Below, one piece after another: positions 1 to 12,835 of a DNA stretch of 64,000 nt. Position numbers and translations under genes: made by a program. This DNA comes from Lama guanicoe (Eukaryota): contig MU054187.1 in assembly GCA_013239625.1 (NCBI GenBank), positions 22,137,280 through 22,201,279 of the forward strand, given 5' to 3'. Numbering within the stretch: the stretch's first letter is position 1; every line of letters starts with the position of its first letter. The notes under the pieces are model-generated. The model searched no databases. It was not told where the DNA came from and worked only from the letters and a program-made list of their open reading frames with translations.

Positions 1-220
1 TGAATCTGGTCCAATTCCTTCAGTTCACATCATTTAGAAATCCATGTGTATAACAGCCATTAAAAGTAATATTAAGGTGGAATGTCGATAAATATTAATT
101 CTATGTCAGGTAGCATAATCCACTTCCTAGGCTAATTTCTAACTAGAAAAAAATTTATTGCTTTTAGAAATTAAAGTGCAAACAAATTACACTTTTTGCA
201 CATTTGAAGCATATACCTGT

Positions 221-1961
221 TGTAACAAAGGAGCAAAGAATATACAAAAGGAAAAAGAGGGCCTCTTCAGTAATGGTGTTGGGAAAACTGGACAGCCACG
301 TGCAAAAGGATGAAATCGGACCCCTCTCTTAGTCCATACACAAAAATTAACTCAAAATGCATTAAAGAGTTGAACCTAAGACCTGAAACCATAAAATCCC
401 TGGAAGAAAATACAGGCAGTAAATTTCTGCACCATTGGTCTTATAGTGACTCTTTGGATTTGACAACAAAAGCAAAGGCAACAGAAGCCAAAACAAATAA
501 GTGGGACCACATCAAACTAAAAAGGTTCTGCACAGCAAATGAAACTAACAAAAAGTGAAAAGGAACCTACTGACGGGAGAAAATATTTGCAAATCATATA
601 TCTGATAAGGGACTAATAATCAAAATATTTAAGAACTTACGTAACTCAATAGCAAACCAACAAACAATCCAACTTAAAAATGAACAGGGAAGCCAAGTAG
701 ACATTTTTCCAAAGACAGACAGATGGCCAACATGCACATGAAAAGGTGCTCGACATTATTAGTCATCAGGGAAATGAAAATCAAAATGAGATATCCATCA
801 CACCTTTCAGGATGGCTGTTATCAAAAGGCCAACAAGTAACAAGTATTGAAGAGGATGTGGAGAAAGGGGAACCCTGGTGCACTGTTGTTGGGGATATAA
901 GTTGGTGTAGCCACTATAAGAAACAGTAGGGAGTTTCCTCAAAAAATTAAATTTAGAACTACCATACAATCCAACAATTCCACTTCTGGGTACCTCTCTG
1001 AAGAAAAAGAAAAAAAAACTACTTCAAAAGATGTTTGTATCCCTGTGTTCATCACAGCATTATTTATAATAGCCAAGATATGGAAGCAACCTGTGTCCAT
1101 TGATAGATGGATACATAACAAAATAGTGGTATAAATACACAGTGGAATATTACTCAGCAATAAAAAAGAACAACATCTTGCCATCTGCAACAACATGGAT
1201 GGATCCAGAGGGCAATATGCTAAGTGAAATAAGCCAGAGAAAGATAAATACCATGTGATCTCCCTTATATATGGAATCTTAACAACAAAACAAAACAAGA
1301 ATCAAAAAACCAAGCTCCTGCAGAGAAGGATATGGCTCAAGTGGTAGACCACATGCTTAGAACACAGAAGGTCCTGGGTTCAATCCACAGTATCTCCTCT
1401 AAAAATAAATAAATAAGTAAACCCAATTGCCTCCCTCCAAAATAAAACAAATAAAGAAAGAAAGAATGTTTTAAATGGTAATCATTAAAAAAATAAAAAT
1501 TAAAAGAACAAATCAAAAACCCAAGCTCGTAGATATGTAAAACAGATTGGTGGCTGTCAGAGATAGTGATGGGGGTTGGGGTGGGAGTGGATGAACTGGC
1601 TGAAGGCAAGGTCAAAAGGTACAAACTTCTAGTTACAAAAGAAATAAATACTAGGGGTGTAATGTTCAGCGTGGTGACTATAGTCAGTAACGCTGTATTG
1701 CATTTTTGAAAGTTACTTTGAGAGTAGATTGTAAAAGTTCTCAAGAAAAATAAATTCTGTAACTATGTGTGATGTGGATGTTAGCTAGACTTATGCTGGT
1801 TGATCATGTCACAATATATACAAATATCAAATCATGTTGTAACCTGAAATTAATATCTATGATGTAACATGAATATTATATATTGATATAATAATATATT
1901 ATATAATAAAATGTAATACTACTGATACATAATAATATATTATAATATAATAATTTTTTTA
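221..1961 (+). mobile_element. 5'-truncated LINE-1 (end of ORF2 plus L1MA-like 3'UTR), interrupted by a SINE
   Basis: ORF-track peptides at 310-558 and 723-929 are degenerate L1 ORF2p C-terminal sequence ([24 protein letters not shown]), followed by an L1 3'UTR. Degenerate TSD gaagcatatacctgt (206-220) / aaagaatatgtctgt (1962-1976). Confidence 0.92.
1318..1510 (+). mobile_element. Vic-1-type tRNA-Ala-derived SINE nested in the L1 3'UTR
   Basis: A-box tggctcaagtgg, B-box ggttcaatcc, A-rich tail. 18-bp TSD aatcaaaaa(a/c)ccaagctc at 1300-1317 and 1511-1528. Confidence 0.9.
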
Positions 1962-2979
1962 AAAGAATATGTCTGTGTCTTTTTTAAGTGGCTTACATGA
2001 AACCACTGAAGCCACAGTGAACCCTCGTGATTAATAATAGGCAAGTGGAAATCAAGAGGTTTCAACAGAGTGGAGGTGAAAACAAAACAAAACAAAAGAA
2101 CACTCCTCAGTGAGACCTAGTGACTAATGCCAGTGCAATTGCTAATTTCTAAAGTTTGCAAGAAAGCAGCCATGTCCAATACGCTATTCTCCAGAAGCTA
2201 AGAATGAAAAGTTGGATTTACACCCAAAGTGTAAATACATACATGGAGTCAAAACTAACATTTTGCAGAGCATCATTTCCCAAATGAATTTAAATTCAGC
2301 CCTAGATTTGGAGCCACCGGCCTGGAATGACTAGCATCTTGGCAAGGCAGAAGTCACAACTGTGTCATCCGTCCTCTCGCACTCTGATGTCATGAATATC
2401 CACTAAGATCTTTGGCAACACTGGGTAGAGTGGTTTCCACTATGTTCTGGGAGAAGTCTTTGCCTGAAGCAGCTGGCCCAGGGTCCAGGAGACTGGCTTG
2501 CTTTCTAAATTGGGTCAGTGGGTGAGGCCAGTTCACGGATAATCTTTTGGGACTCTCAAGTGAAGCGTGAGGAATTTGGCTTGAGACAGACTTGCCTGTA
2601 ACCACTGAAGTGATGGAAGCACTTCCCTGGCCACCAAGACCCATCTCGCTGAGGCTGAGCAGAGCCACAAGTTGAAGTGCTTAGTGAATTTTGGATTTTA
2701 ATTCCCATGAAAGTAGCCCACGGGGCAAGAAGATTTGATTGTGGACCTGGTGCTTTGCACTTTGAATTTTGTGGGTTTAATCTTTGGACTTTAATGCTCC
2801 TTGGTAATCTGAAAATGAGATGGGGTCTTATAGTCAAATGTGGGACACTCATTAGCCTCACTGTGCTGTTGGGTTATGTGGCAGATTTGATGACTCTTCC
2901 CAGCTAATATTTGCCTAATTAGTTAAAAAGAATGAAACTACTGGGGGAAGATACTTTCAATTCATACTATTCTTTTTTT

Positions 2980-3134
2980 TTAATTAAAAAAAATAATGTT
3001 ATATTTATTTATTTTGTCAGGGGGAGGTAACTGAGTTTCTTTTTTTTTTTCAAACGGATGTACCTGAGATTGAACCCAGGACCTCCTGCGTGCGAAGCAT
3101 GTGCTCTCCCACTGAGCTACACCCTCCCCTGCCC
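2980..3134 (-). mobile_element. Vic-1-type SINE
   Basis: Reverse-strand tRNA-like head (ttgaacccaggacc...actgagctacaccctcccc). TSD cat(a/g)ct(a/g)ttctttttt at 2963 and 3135. Confidence 0.9.
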
Positions 3135-3559
3135 CATGCTGTTCTTTTTTTCACACAAAGGAAGGATCATTTCCATAACACTCTTGGCTTCTCTGATTTA
3201 TTTTGACTGGTGAGTTTGGGAAGAAAAACTGGACACGTGGAGTCTGACCCTCTCTTGTCTCTCCTCTTTAGGGTACAAGCCGCCCCTCTGAGTCATGCAT
3301 TCTGCTTAGCAGTTCTGAACTGTAAGATTTATAGGATCAGTCTTAGCCCCCAAGGAGGAAGGTTGCCCAAGTTTTGCATGGCCCGCGCCTTGGGCATGAC
3401 GATACAAATTAACTACCCTTCTGGATTCCTGCGGCAGGATTATAAGATGAAAGATTTCCCACAACTATTGCTGTTAATGCATTGGAAGAGCCCTGTAAGT
3501 GTGTGAAAGGCTATGCTGCCCTGTCACGAAATAGCCATCAATCAGTCTCTATAGGGAAT

Positions 3560-3990
3560 TGTGCAAGGAAGTCAGATGTGGGGACTGGTCATGATGAATT
3601 TTGCTTGGCATAAGCTGAAATTGAGATAGAGGTGAGAAATTAATAACTGAGAGAGAGAGAGATGAAGAAAAAAGCCAGTGTAAGATTTGGGAGCATCCGC
3701 ATAGTTGATCTTGAAAACTAAGGTAGGGTGAAAATAACTTTAAAAGGAAAGACATGAAGAACACCCAGAGTGTGTTATCCGTAAGCAATCCGGACAGCGT
3801 TGGAAAACGAGGAGGGAAAAATCATCAGAGAAGCAGTTCTAAAAGCTTTAGGCAGGAGGAAAGTGCAATATTTCAAAGAAACGTTTTCAGAAGGAGGGAT
3901 CACTGGTGTGAAATACTGTGAGATTAACAAAGAGAATAGATTGAAGATGTATCATCAGATCCAACAATCACGTGGTAATTTTTTAAAAGA
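3560..3990 (-). mobile_element. Ancient LINE-2 fragment
   Basis: Purine-rich sequence resembling antisense L2 (ttcagaaggagggatcactggtgtgaaatactgtgag). Confidence 0.55.
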
Positions 3991-4140
3991 ATGTGTTTAT
4001 AGAAACGTTGTCAGAGTCATGCTGACTTTTTCTTATTCATGTTGGGAGATGCCAGAGGATATTTGACGATGAAGGAAACACAACCTAAAGGGAGTTTCCT
4101 AGGAGTTAGTGGAAGTCTTTAGCCACAGTTCATTAACTAT

Positions 4141-4266
4141 TCTTTTTTTTTAATATTTACTTTTTTTGTTGTTGTTTTGAGGGGAGGGAAGGTAATTAGG
4201 TTTATTTATTATTTATTTATGTATGTGGACATGCTGGGGATTGAACCCAGGGCCTTGAGCATGCTC
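4141..4266 (-). mobile_element. 5'-truncated Vic-1-type SINE
   Basis: ggtaattaggtttattta...ctggggattgaacccaggg with a T-rich tail. The A-box part is missing. Confidence 0.85.
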
Positions 4267-5219
4267 CGCTTCATCTAAGCAGCTGGGCTCCTTTTCCGTA
4301 TTCATTAGCATCACTTGGCTGCTCTGCCCAGAAGATGGCAACAAGTTTTCCTAGTGTCTCTTTGCTTCTTCAACTTAACATTTCTGCTCCAACTAACATT
4401 GTGCTGCTGACCCTGATTACTCTTTCTCCTGACCACGAATTACCTACACGATTCCAAATTTTAAAATAGTTCCCCATGCACCATTCTAGACTTCCAGGGT
4501 CAATTCTATGGGGACAGAGCCCAAAAATCTGTGCTTTCTAGGTCATCGTCATCTGCAGGGTTGATACCATACACTGGACACTTGAGCTTTTTTATAGATG
4601 CTTCCCAAAGTCACCATGATGTTAAGTGCAGTGGTCAACGCTGAGTCCTCATCTCCTTGACCTTTAAGTTGCATTTGACACAGTTTACAGTTGACACTTC
4701 TCTCTCTCTATCTGAGAGCAATTTCTATACTTTGCTTTATCCCCATTTTGGTTTTCCTCCTATCTCACAAATTATTCTTTCTCATTCATTTTTGCTGGTT
4801 CCTCCAATTTTCCACACCTCGAAGTTTGGAGGAGATTGTGGACTCACCTATTGTATCTTTCCTCTTTTATACAAAAAACTTATTCCCCAGATGATTTCGT
4901 CCATTTGTATTGCTTTAAACACCATCTGTATGCCGACAGCCTTCAAATTTGTATCTCCAACTTGGACTTCTCCCCTCAACTCCAGGCTCCTACATCCAGC
5001 CACCCACTTGACATGGCCACTTGGCTGTCAAATAGGCAACCTGAGTCTAACAAGATTAATGCTGATTTTTACCACCTGACCCACACCTTCTTGTGCCTCA
5101 GTCTACTTCATCTCTTGCTTTACTCAGACTGAAAATTCCAGAGGGGTCTTTGACATTTCTCTTTTCCACATTTAACCCACCAAAACCTCCTTCTGGGTGT
5201 ACTTTCAAAATGCACCCAG

Positions 5220-5851
5220 CACATTTCTGGAGGGAACTCTAATTTGAAAAGATACATGCACCCCAATGTTCACAGCAGCACTATTTACAATAGCTAAGAC
5301 ATGGAAACAACCTAAATGTCCATCAACAGATAACTAGATAAAGAAGATGTGGTGTGTTTATACAATGGAATACTACTCAGCCATAAAAAAGAATGAAATA
5401 ATGCCATTTTGCAGCAACATGGATGGACCTGGAGATGGTTGTTCTAAGTGACATAAGCCAGAAAGAGAAAGAAAATACCATATGATATCACTTATATGTG
5501 GAATCTAAAAAAAATTACACTATTTAAAATAAACTTATTTACAAAACAGAAACAGACTCACAGACATAGAAAACAAACTCATGACTATGAGGGTGAGAAG
5601 GGGATGAGAAGGGATAAATTGGGAGTTCAAGATTTGCAGATACTAACTGCTATATATAAAATAGATACACAAGTTTCTACTGTATAGCAAAGGAAATATA
5701 TTCAATATCTTGCAGTAACCTATAATTTAAAAAGAATATGAAAAGAAATATATGTCTGTATATGTATGACAAAGCTATTATGCTTTACACCAGAAATTGA
5801 CACAAAACTGTACATTGACTATACTTCAATAAAAATATATCTTAAAAAAAC
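5220..5851 (+). mobile_element. Cetartiodactyl-type L1 3' end
   Basis: ORF2 terminus plus 3'UTR (gggataaattgggagttc...ttcaataaaa). TSD aaaatgcacccag at 5207-5219 and 5852-5864. Confidence 0.92.
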
Positions 5852-5867
5852 AAAATGCACCCAGAAT

Positions 5868-6017
5868 TTCAATTTTTTGTAATGAGCTGTAATGAAAAAG
5901 TCTCTGAAAAAAAAAAAACACAACATGTGTGTGTATATATAACTGAATGGCTTTGCTGTACATCTGAAACTAACCTTGTAAATCGACAACACTTCAATAA
6001 AAAATAAAAATTAAAAA
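5868..6017 (+). mobile_element. Short L1 3'-terminal fragment
   Basis: aactgaatggctttgctgtacatctgaaac...ttcaataaaa tail. TSD aaaatgcacccagaat at 5852-5867 and 6018-6033. Confidence 0.85.
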
Positions 6018-6978
6018 AAAATGCACCCAGAATCTGATCACTTCTTCCCCATCCCCACTGGATCCCAAGACACCATCATCTCCTATTGGGATTATTTCCA
6101 CGACCTCTTAAATGTCTCCTGGTTTTCGGCTTGTCTCCAGTCATCACACAACAGCCAAAGAAGTACTGTTCAAACAGAATTCGCATCTGTAGAAAAAAGT
6201 ACGTAAGTAAAACTCAACTAAACTAAAAGCCCTCTAGTGACTTTCTATCTCGGAGTGAAAACCTGGTCCTTCTGAGACCAGCGAGGCCCCCGCACGACCA
6301 GGTTCTCCATCACCAGCGAGGTCCCACCTCCTGCTGCACCGCCCCGCCTCCACCCGGCCAGCCCTCCGCCTCCAGCTCCTCCTCCCATGTGCCAGGCGCA
6401 GGTGGGCTCCGAGCTCTTGCTGTTTCCTCTGCCTGGATTCCTGAGTGCTCTTCCCCTGGGTATCCACAGGGCTCACTCCCTCACTTCCTTGGATCTTTAC
6501 ACAAAAGTCACCTTCTCAGTGAAGCCTTCCCTAGCCACCTTATCTGCTATTCCAGCTCCCTTCTCCCACCCTTCATTTCTCTACATTGTATCTTATTCTT
6601 AGCGGATATCGATCATCACTCTCTAATTGATCTGCCATTTGCTTAGGCTGCTCACTGTCCTCCCCAGTCAACCAACTAGAATATAACTAACATATAATAT
6701 AGTCTGGCACATAGTAGGCTCTCAATAGCTATTGGATGAATTAATGTTTCCTTATTTCCCCAGGACAATACTTCAGCCCAGCACAATACCTGACACACAG
6801 AAGGACCTCAATAAATATCTGGGGTTTTTGGGGGGTTTTATTGGTTTAGTTAGGTTTGGGGGGGTGTTGTTTGTTCATTTGTTTTGTTTTTGTTTTTTTT
6901 AATAATTGGATAAAGCAGGTTGTTTTGTCTTTCCAACTTTGGCAGGAACCACATTTCATAGCCTCAAGACCCTCTTAC

Positions 6979-7150
6979 CTGGCAATTATGGTCCACTCCA
7001 ATGAGGGATTTTAGGAGCAGGAAATACGTGTGGCAGATATATCAGTGCAATTTTACATGAATCTCCCCACATTGTTTCCATGTAATGGTAGATTGGTTAT
7101 GACATAATTCACACCCCTATATTTTCAAAATTCACAACTTCTAGGAGTAT
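6979..7150 (-). other. Candidate non-coding exon (172 nt)
   Basis: Minus-strand acceptor cttgtctcatatttcAG and donor CAG|GTAAGA in non-repetitive sequence. No recognisable coding frame. Splice signals are the only evidence. Confidence 0.25.
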
Positions 7151-8089
7151 CTGAAATATGAGACAAGCACCCTTATGGCAAAGTTACGTAAAGAAGTACC
7201 AGAAACCAAAAATGCTGTGTGATGTCCAAATCAAGTATCAGGAAGGATGTTTGCCTCATCATCTGCTTCAGTTACCAGCTTCTGAAAATCCAAGCATCAT
7301 GCCAAGCCCGTGTTTCTGCTTTAGCTCCCATCAGTGAATTCTTGAAGACTCCACTCAGGGACAGGACTATCCAATTCATTTCAATGGCAGTTGCCAGCAT
7401 TATTTCTTATTTTTCCTTTCCCTGTCAAGAAAGTCTCTTATTTGTAGACTTTCTATCTTTTAAAAAAAATTTTCCCCAGAGTTGCTTTTCTTTCCAAAAT
7501 CATTTTTATGGTATATTTCTAGGTATCCACACATTTATATGTGAAAAGGAAAAAATAGCACATTTACATTTTCTTCTTATTTACATGTAATGTGAATGTG
7601 AGAGGCAGAGGGGTAATAAAGAAAAAAGGTTAGTAAATATCCCAGTCACATCACAGTCAGTATTAATACAAAAAGCAGCAAGATCAACACATGGTTAAGA
7701 GGTCTACTTTCTTCCCCCGATGACTTCAGAACTGTATTTGTGTTGATAAATCTCGTGCGCTGAGAAAAGCTAACTCATTTCTCCTTCCCATTTGCTTCTG
7801 GCCATGAAATCTTGCCAGGATTACTCAGGGAGGCTACCTGCTTTGATCCAAAAGAAAAAAAGACTCTATGAACCTGTGATTACTGACAAATAAGGAGGAA
7901 ATTGATTTGGTTGACATATCTAGAACCATTCACTAACTCTTTAAAGAGAATGTTATGCAATGAGACTTCCAAATTTCTCATAACATTTCTGGGGAATTTC
8001 TATTTTAAGGGTCTTCCAGCCCTTCAAAATCTTCTACCCTTCCCAATAACACTATGGGGTGTGCATTCACAACTCTGGTTTTTATAAAC

Positions 8090-8222
8090 TAGGAGTCAGA
8101 GCAGCAGAGAAGTGAGGTCATCTGCCCACAAACACACACCATTAGGTGGTGGAGATGCATTCAAACTGAAGTCCTTCTGATGGCAGGGGGTCCACGTCCC
8201 TGATCATTAGCTTTGCTGCCTC
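8090..8222 (-). mobile_element. MIR fragment
   Basis: gagaagtgaggtcatctgcccac...ttcaaactgaagtccttctga resembles the antisense MIR core. Confidence 0.55.
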
Positions 8223-8389
8223 CACCACAATTATGAGCTGCCCACACAGGGTTCTGATTTGGCCAGCATTTAAGTCACTCAGATCTGGGGCTGGATTCTT
8301 ATATTTCTAGTCCTGCATTTCTGAAGCTGTGAGTCCATAAAATAAAATTGGCAATGATGCTGTTAAACAGTGTCATAGAGTCCACTTCA

Positions 8390-8492
8390 TGAATATATGT
8401 ATGCTTCTATATGACTGAAGCATTGTGCTGTACACCAGAAATTGACACAACATTATAAATTGACTATATTTCAAATAAAAATATATTTTAAA
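8390..8492 (+). mobile_element. L1 extreme 3' end fragment
   Basis: atgactgaagcattgtgctgtacaccagaaattgacacaac, shared with other L1 tails in the window. Confidence 0.85.
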
Positions 8493-8583
8493 AATTCTTA
8501 TCCACGTTATGAATCACCAAAAGAATCAGCTTCTCAAACTTATTTACCCAAACTTATTTGTCACAAAACTCTTTTTAAGTGTG

Positions 8584-8586
<3 letters not shown>

Positions 8587-8614
<28 letters not shown>
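8587..8614. repeat. (GT)14 microsatellite
   Basis: Read directly from the sequence. Confidence 0.95.
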
Positions 8615-8615
<1 letters not shown>

Positions 8616-9077
8616 GTAGAGAAAGGGAAAGAGTGATTGAGAAGGGTGGAAAATACTTGTTACAATCACAAGAGACATTGATGTTCCACTAAATTTTAAA
8701 AATATGGAACACAGAGATCAAGGGTCACATTTATATTTGAGACAAACTTTCTCTGGTTTAGGACTTTTTTTACTTCACTTTTTCAACCTCATATATTTTT
8801 CACCTGCAAACAGTTTCGCCAATTTTAAATGAAATGCCAAGAAGAGTGAATGCTATTATTAGGAAGAAGTTCTGCCATTTTGCAATTAAATTCTTTCTTT
8901 ACTTTGACTTTCTTTTTTGTCCAGGGTGGTGGCAGTGGGGTGAGGGGCGGAGAGAAGGAAAAGATGAGTGAAGTAAGAAAAAAAAATAAATGAAAATAGG
9001 CTCAAGTGTGAGATGTAGAAATTCAAGAAACTATACCCAAAGGAAAGTCAGGGAGTTCTCGCAAGTCGATTTCTTAC

Positions 9078-9213
9078 CTCTTGGGATAACAAGATGGAAA
9101 AATTTAAACACAATTTTCTTGTTTTATTTATGATGGTCTACCTTGCATGTGATCATTAAATGTGATCATCTTTACTTGTTAAAAACATCGTGACTCCAGT
9201 GATATCAAAGTTT
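9078..9213 (-). other. Candidate non-coding exon (136 nt)
   Basis: Minus-strand acceptor ttattattttctttAG and donor GAG|GTAAGA in unique sequence. An ETS/RBPJ-like motif cluster (accacttcctgtgggaa, 9241-9257) lies just upstream. Confidence 0.25.
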
Positions 9214-10394
9214 CTAAAGAAAATAATAAGTTCAGTCTGAACCACTTCCTGTGGGAAGCCTGGCAGGAAAAGCCGCCTTCGAGCAACCCCGCATCTGGCT
9301 TTGGAGACAGAGGACACAGATAGAGAAGACACAGACATCGGACATTTATCTCTCCTGTTAACAACGCTCAGGCACTTCCATTGCGAAAATTCAGCTCCGT
9401 AAGTTACAAGCACCAAAGGAGACTTCCAGTGCCACTCATGGAAGGAATCTTAGAGACATTCACACATTTGACTTGATTGAGATTCAAAAACAAAGTCAAG
9501 GTTATAATGAGTCTTAACCTGTAACAAGCGGTGTGTAAGGAAGCTAAAGGAAGCTTTTCACATAGAGAGAGGTGTCAGGAAGACAAATACTCCATGAAGA
9601 AATTTCAAAATTCAGAGTAAGTATAGGGCAGGGCTTTATGCGTATTTGTATTATGATAAAATACACTGTTACCACATCTGGAGCCAGGCGCTGCCCACTT
9701 GCTGCAGAATTTTACTGACAAATCAAATATGCTTAAGATAGGGTATACAGGAATCAAGCCCTCTTGGTTTTACTGCTGCTCCTGTTGGCAATCTTGTGTT
9801 CACACTGAATTTAAATTTGCATGTCAATGCCAACTTTACAGGTTTGTCGGTAGTGTTATCAAGGGGCAAAGTCTGAAAATGTCTACTTAATGCTTTTTTA
9901 AAATTGGAGTTTGGAAGGACAAAGGTCTACAGTGAAAGATCCCAGGAAAGACGAAGCCAGATCATGAGCTGAAGCGGTCAGTGGTATGGAAGCCGAGATG
10001 TAGCTGGCCAAAACCCCGGTGTTTACTGCTAGTCTTCTTCTAGAGGGAGAGATTTTAGGGTGTTCAAGATGAAACCTTTAGAATAACTGAAAGTCATCAC
10101 AAGATGGTTTGTATGTCGTTTCAGGCATGTTTGGAAATCTGTTTGCGCTCTCCCTTCAAGTGCTGCAGGGAGCCATTTCCCTGTTCAGTGCTATTGGGTT
10201 ACCAGCCTGCACATAGCCTACCCTCTGAGCCAGCACGATGAGATACGGTTCAACTGAGCTGGCAAGTTCTCACAGTCCTCTGAGCCAACTTTGTTCAAGG
10301 CTCAGTCCATCCCAAAAGAATCAACTTAACAGAGTTCTGCTTCATTTACTATGTTTCTGTGCATGGATTCTCTCCTAACAGAAAAAGCATGGAG

Positions 10395-12600
10395 CTATCC
10401 AGTTTTCCCAACACCACTTGCTGAAGAGACTGTCTTTCCTCCATTGTATGTTCTTGCCTCCTTTGTCGAAGATTAATCGACCATAGGTCTGTGGATTTAT
10501 TTCTGGGCTCTCTATTCTGTTTCATTGATCCATATGTCTGTTTATATTCCAATACCTTTTTTGATTACTGTAGCTCCATAGTATTGTCTGAAGTCTGGGA
10601 GGGTTATTCCTCCAGCTTCGCTCTTTTTCTTCAATATTGCTTTGGCAATTTTGGGTCTTTTGTGATTCCATATAAATCTTAGTATTGTTTGTTCTAGTTC
10701 CGTCAAAAGTGTCCTGGATAATTTGATGGAGATCACATTAAATCTGTAGACTGCCTTGGGCAGTATGTCCACTTTAACAATATTGATTCTTCCAATCCAA
10801 GAGCATGGAATATCTTTCTATTTCTTTAAGTCACCTTTAATTTCCTTAATCAATGTTTTGTAGTTCTCCATGTATAAGTCTTTCACCTCCTTGGTCAGAT
10901 TTATTCCTAAATATTTTATTGTTTTGGATGCAACTATAAAAGGGATTGTTTCTTTACTTTCTTTTCCTATTGATTCATTGTTAGTGTAACGAAATGCAAC
11001 TGATTTTTGTATGTTAATCTTGTATCCTACTACCTTGCTGAATTCTTTTTATTAGCTTTAGTAGTATTTTTGTGGGTTTTCTATACATATAGTATCATGT
11101 CATCCACATATAATGACAGTTTTACCTCTTCTCTTACAATTTGAATCCCTTTTATTTCTTTTTCTTGCCTAATTGCTGTGGCTAGGACTTTCAAGATTAT
11201 GTTGAATAGAAGTGGTGAGACTGGGCATCCTTAAGTGGTGTTGGGAAAACTGGATAACAGCTTGTAAATCAATGAAGTTAGAACACTTCTTTACTCCATA
11301 CACAAAAATAAACTCAAAATGGCTCAAAGACTTAAATATAAGATAAGACATGATAAATCTCCTAAAAGAAAACATAGGCAAAACATTCTCTGACATAAAT
11401 CTTAGTAATGGTCTACTAGGGCAGTCTGCCTAGGCAATAGAAATAAGATCAAAAATAAACAAATGGGAACTAATTAAACTTATAAGCTTTTGCATAGCAA
11501 AGGAAACCATAAGCAAAACAAAACAACAACCTACGGAATGGGAGAAAATATTAGCAAATGATGTGACTGATAAAGGATTAATTTCCAGAATATATAAATA
11601 GCTCATACAACTTAATAACAAAAAACAAACAACCCAATCCAAAAATGGGCAGAGGACCTAAACAAGCAATTCTCCACTGAAGACATTCAAATAGCCAATA
11701 GGCACATGAAAAAATGTCAGTATCACTAATTATCAGAGAAATGCAAATCAAAACTACAATGAGGTTAAAAAAAAAACCAAACTACAATGAGGTACCACAT
11801 CACACCAGCCAGAATGGCCATCATTCAAAATCCATGAATGATAAATGCTGGAGAGGCTGTGGAGAAAAAAGAATCTTCCTACACTGCTGGTGGGAATGTA
11901 GTTTGGTGCAGCCATTATGGAAAACAGTATGGACACTCCTAAAAAGGCTAAAAATAGATGATCCAGCAATCCCACTTCTGGGTATATATCTCCAGGGAAC
12001 TCTAATTCAGAAAAATACCTATACCCCAGTGTTCATAGCAGCACTATATACAATAGCCAAGACATGGAAGGAAACTAAATGTCCATCGACAAATGCCTGG
12101 ATAAAGAAGTTGTGGTATATTTATACAATGGGATACTACTCAGCCATAAAAAAGAATAAAATAATGCCATTTGCAGCAACATGAATGGACCTAGAGTTGT
12201 CATTCTAAGCCAGAAAGAGAAAGAAAAATACTGTATGGTATCACTCATAAGTGGAATCTAAAAAAAAAAGGACACTATGAACTCATCTACAAGACAGACA
12301 CAGACTCACAGACATAATAAACAATCTTATGGTTACTGAGGGAAGGGGGTGGGAAGGGATAAATTTAGGAGTTTGAGATTTACAACTGTTGGCCACTATA
12401 TATAAAAATAGATTTTAAAAAAAGTTTCCTCTGTATCACACAGGGAACCATGTTCAATATCTTGTGATAACTTTTACTGAAAAAACATATGAAAACAAAT
12501 ATATGCATGTATATGCATGACTGGGACATTGTGCTGTACACCAGAAATTGACACAATGCAATTGACTGTACTTCAATAAAGATTAATTAATTAATTAGTT
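10395..12600 (+). mobile_element. 5'-truncated L1 with 5' inversion (minus segment 10395-11232, plus segment 11233-12600)
   Basis: ORF2p peptides on the - strand (10542-10772, [10 protein letters not shown]...GGITLPDF) and on the + strand (11714-12184). TSD aaaagcat(g/a)gag at 10383-10394 and 12601-12612. Confidence 0.95.
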
Positions 12601-12603
12601 AAA

Positions 12604-12835
12604 AGCATAGAGTTTGAAGTCAGAACAGAATTTGAGCTCCTTCTCTGCCGTCTACAAAATGGATGATCTTGAGGGTATTAAATATATTCCCTGGCCCTTA
12701 ATTTTTATTCTATAAAGAGGGGGTAACAATATTATAAACTGAAAACATATCAAGGAGGAATAATAGAAAAAACATGTAAAGTGCACCTAGTAGAATACCT
12801 AATTCATAACAGGTATTCCCTAAATGTTTGTTCAG
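12604..12835 (+). mobile_element. MIR fragment (target of the L1 insertion)
   Basis: agcatagagtttgaagtcaga...catgtaaagtgcacctagtagaatacct. Confidence 0.55.

Larger units (their letters stand above)
4590..6745 (+). mobile_element. LINE-2 (3' portion), split by two L1 insertions at 5220-6017
   Basis: L2-like motifs (gcatttgacacagtt, ccttcaaatttgtatctcc, caccatcatctc) and the L2 terminus tctggcacatagtaggctctcaat...tgaat. Confidence 0.8.
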
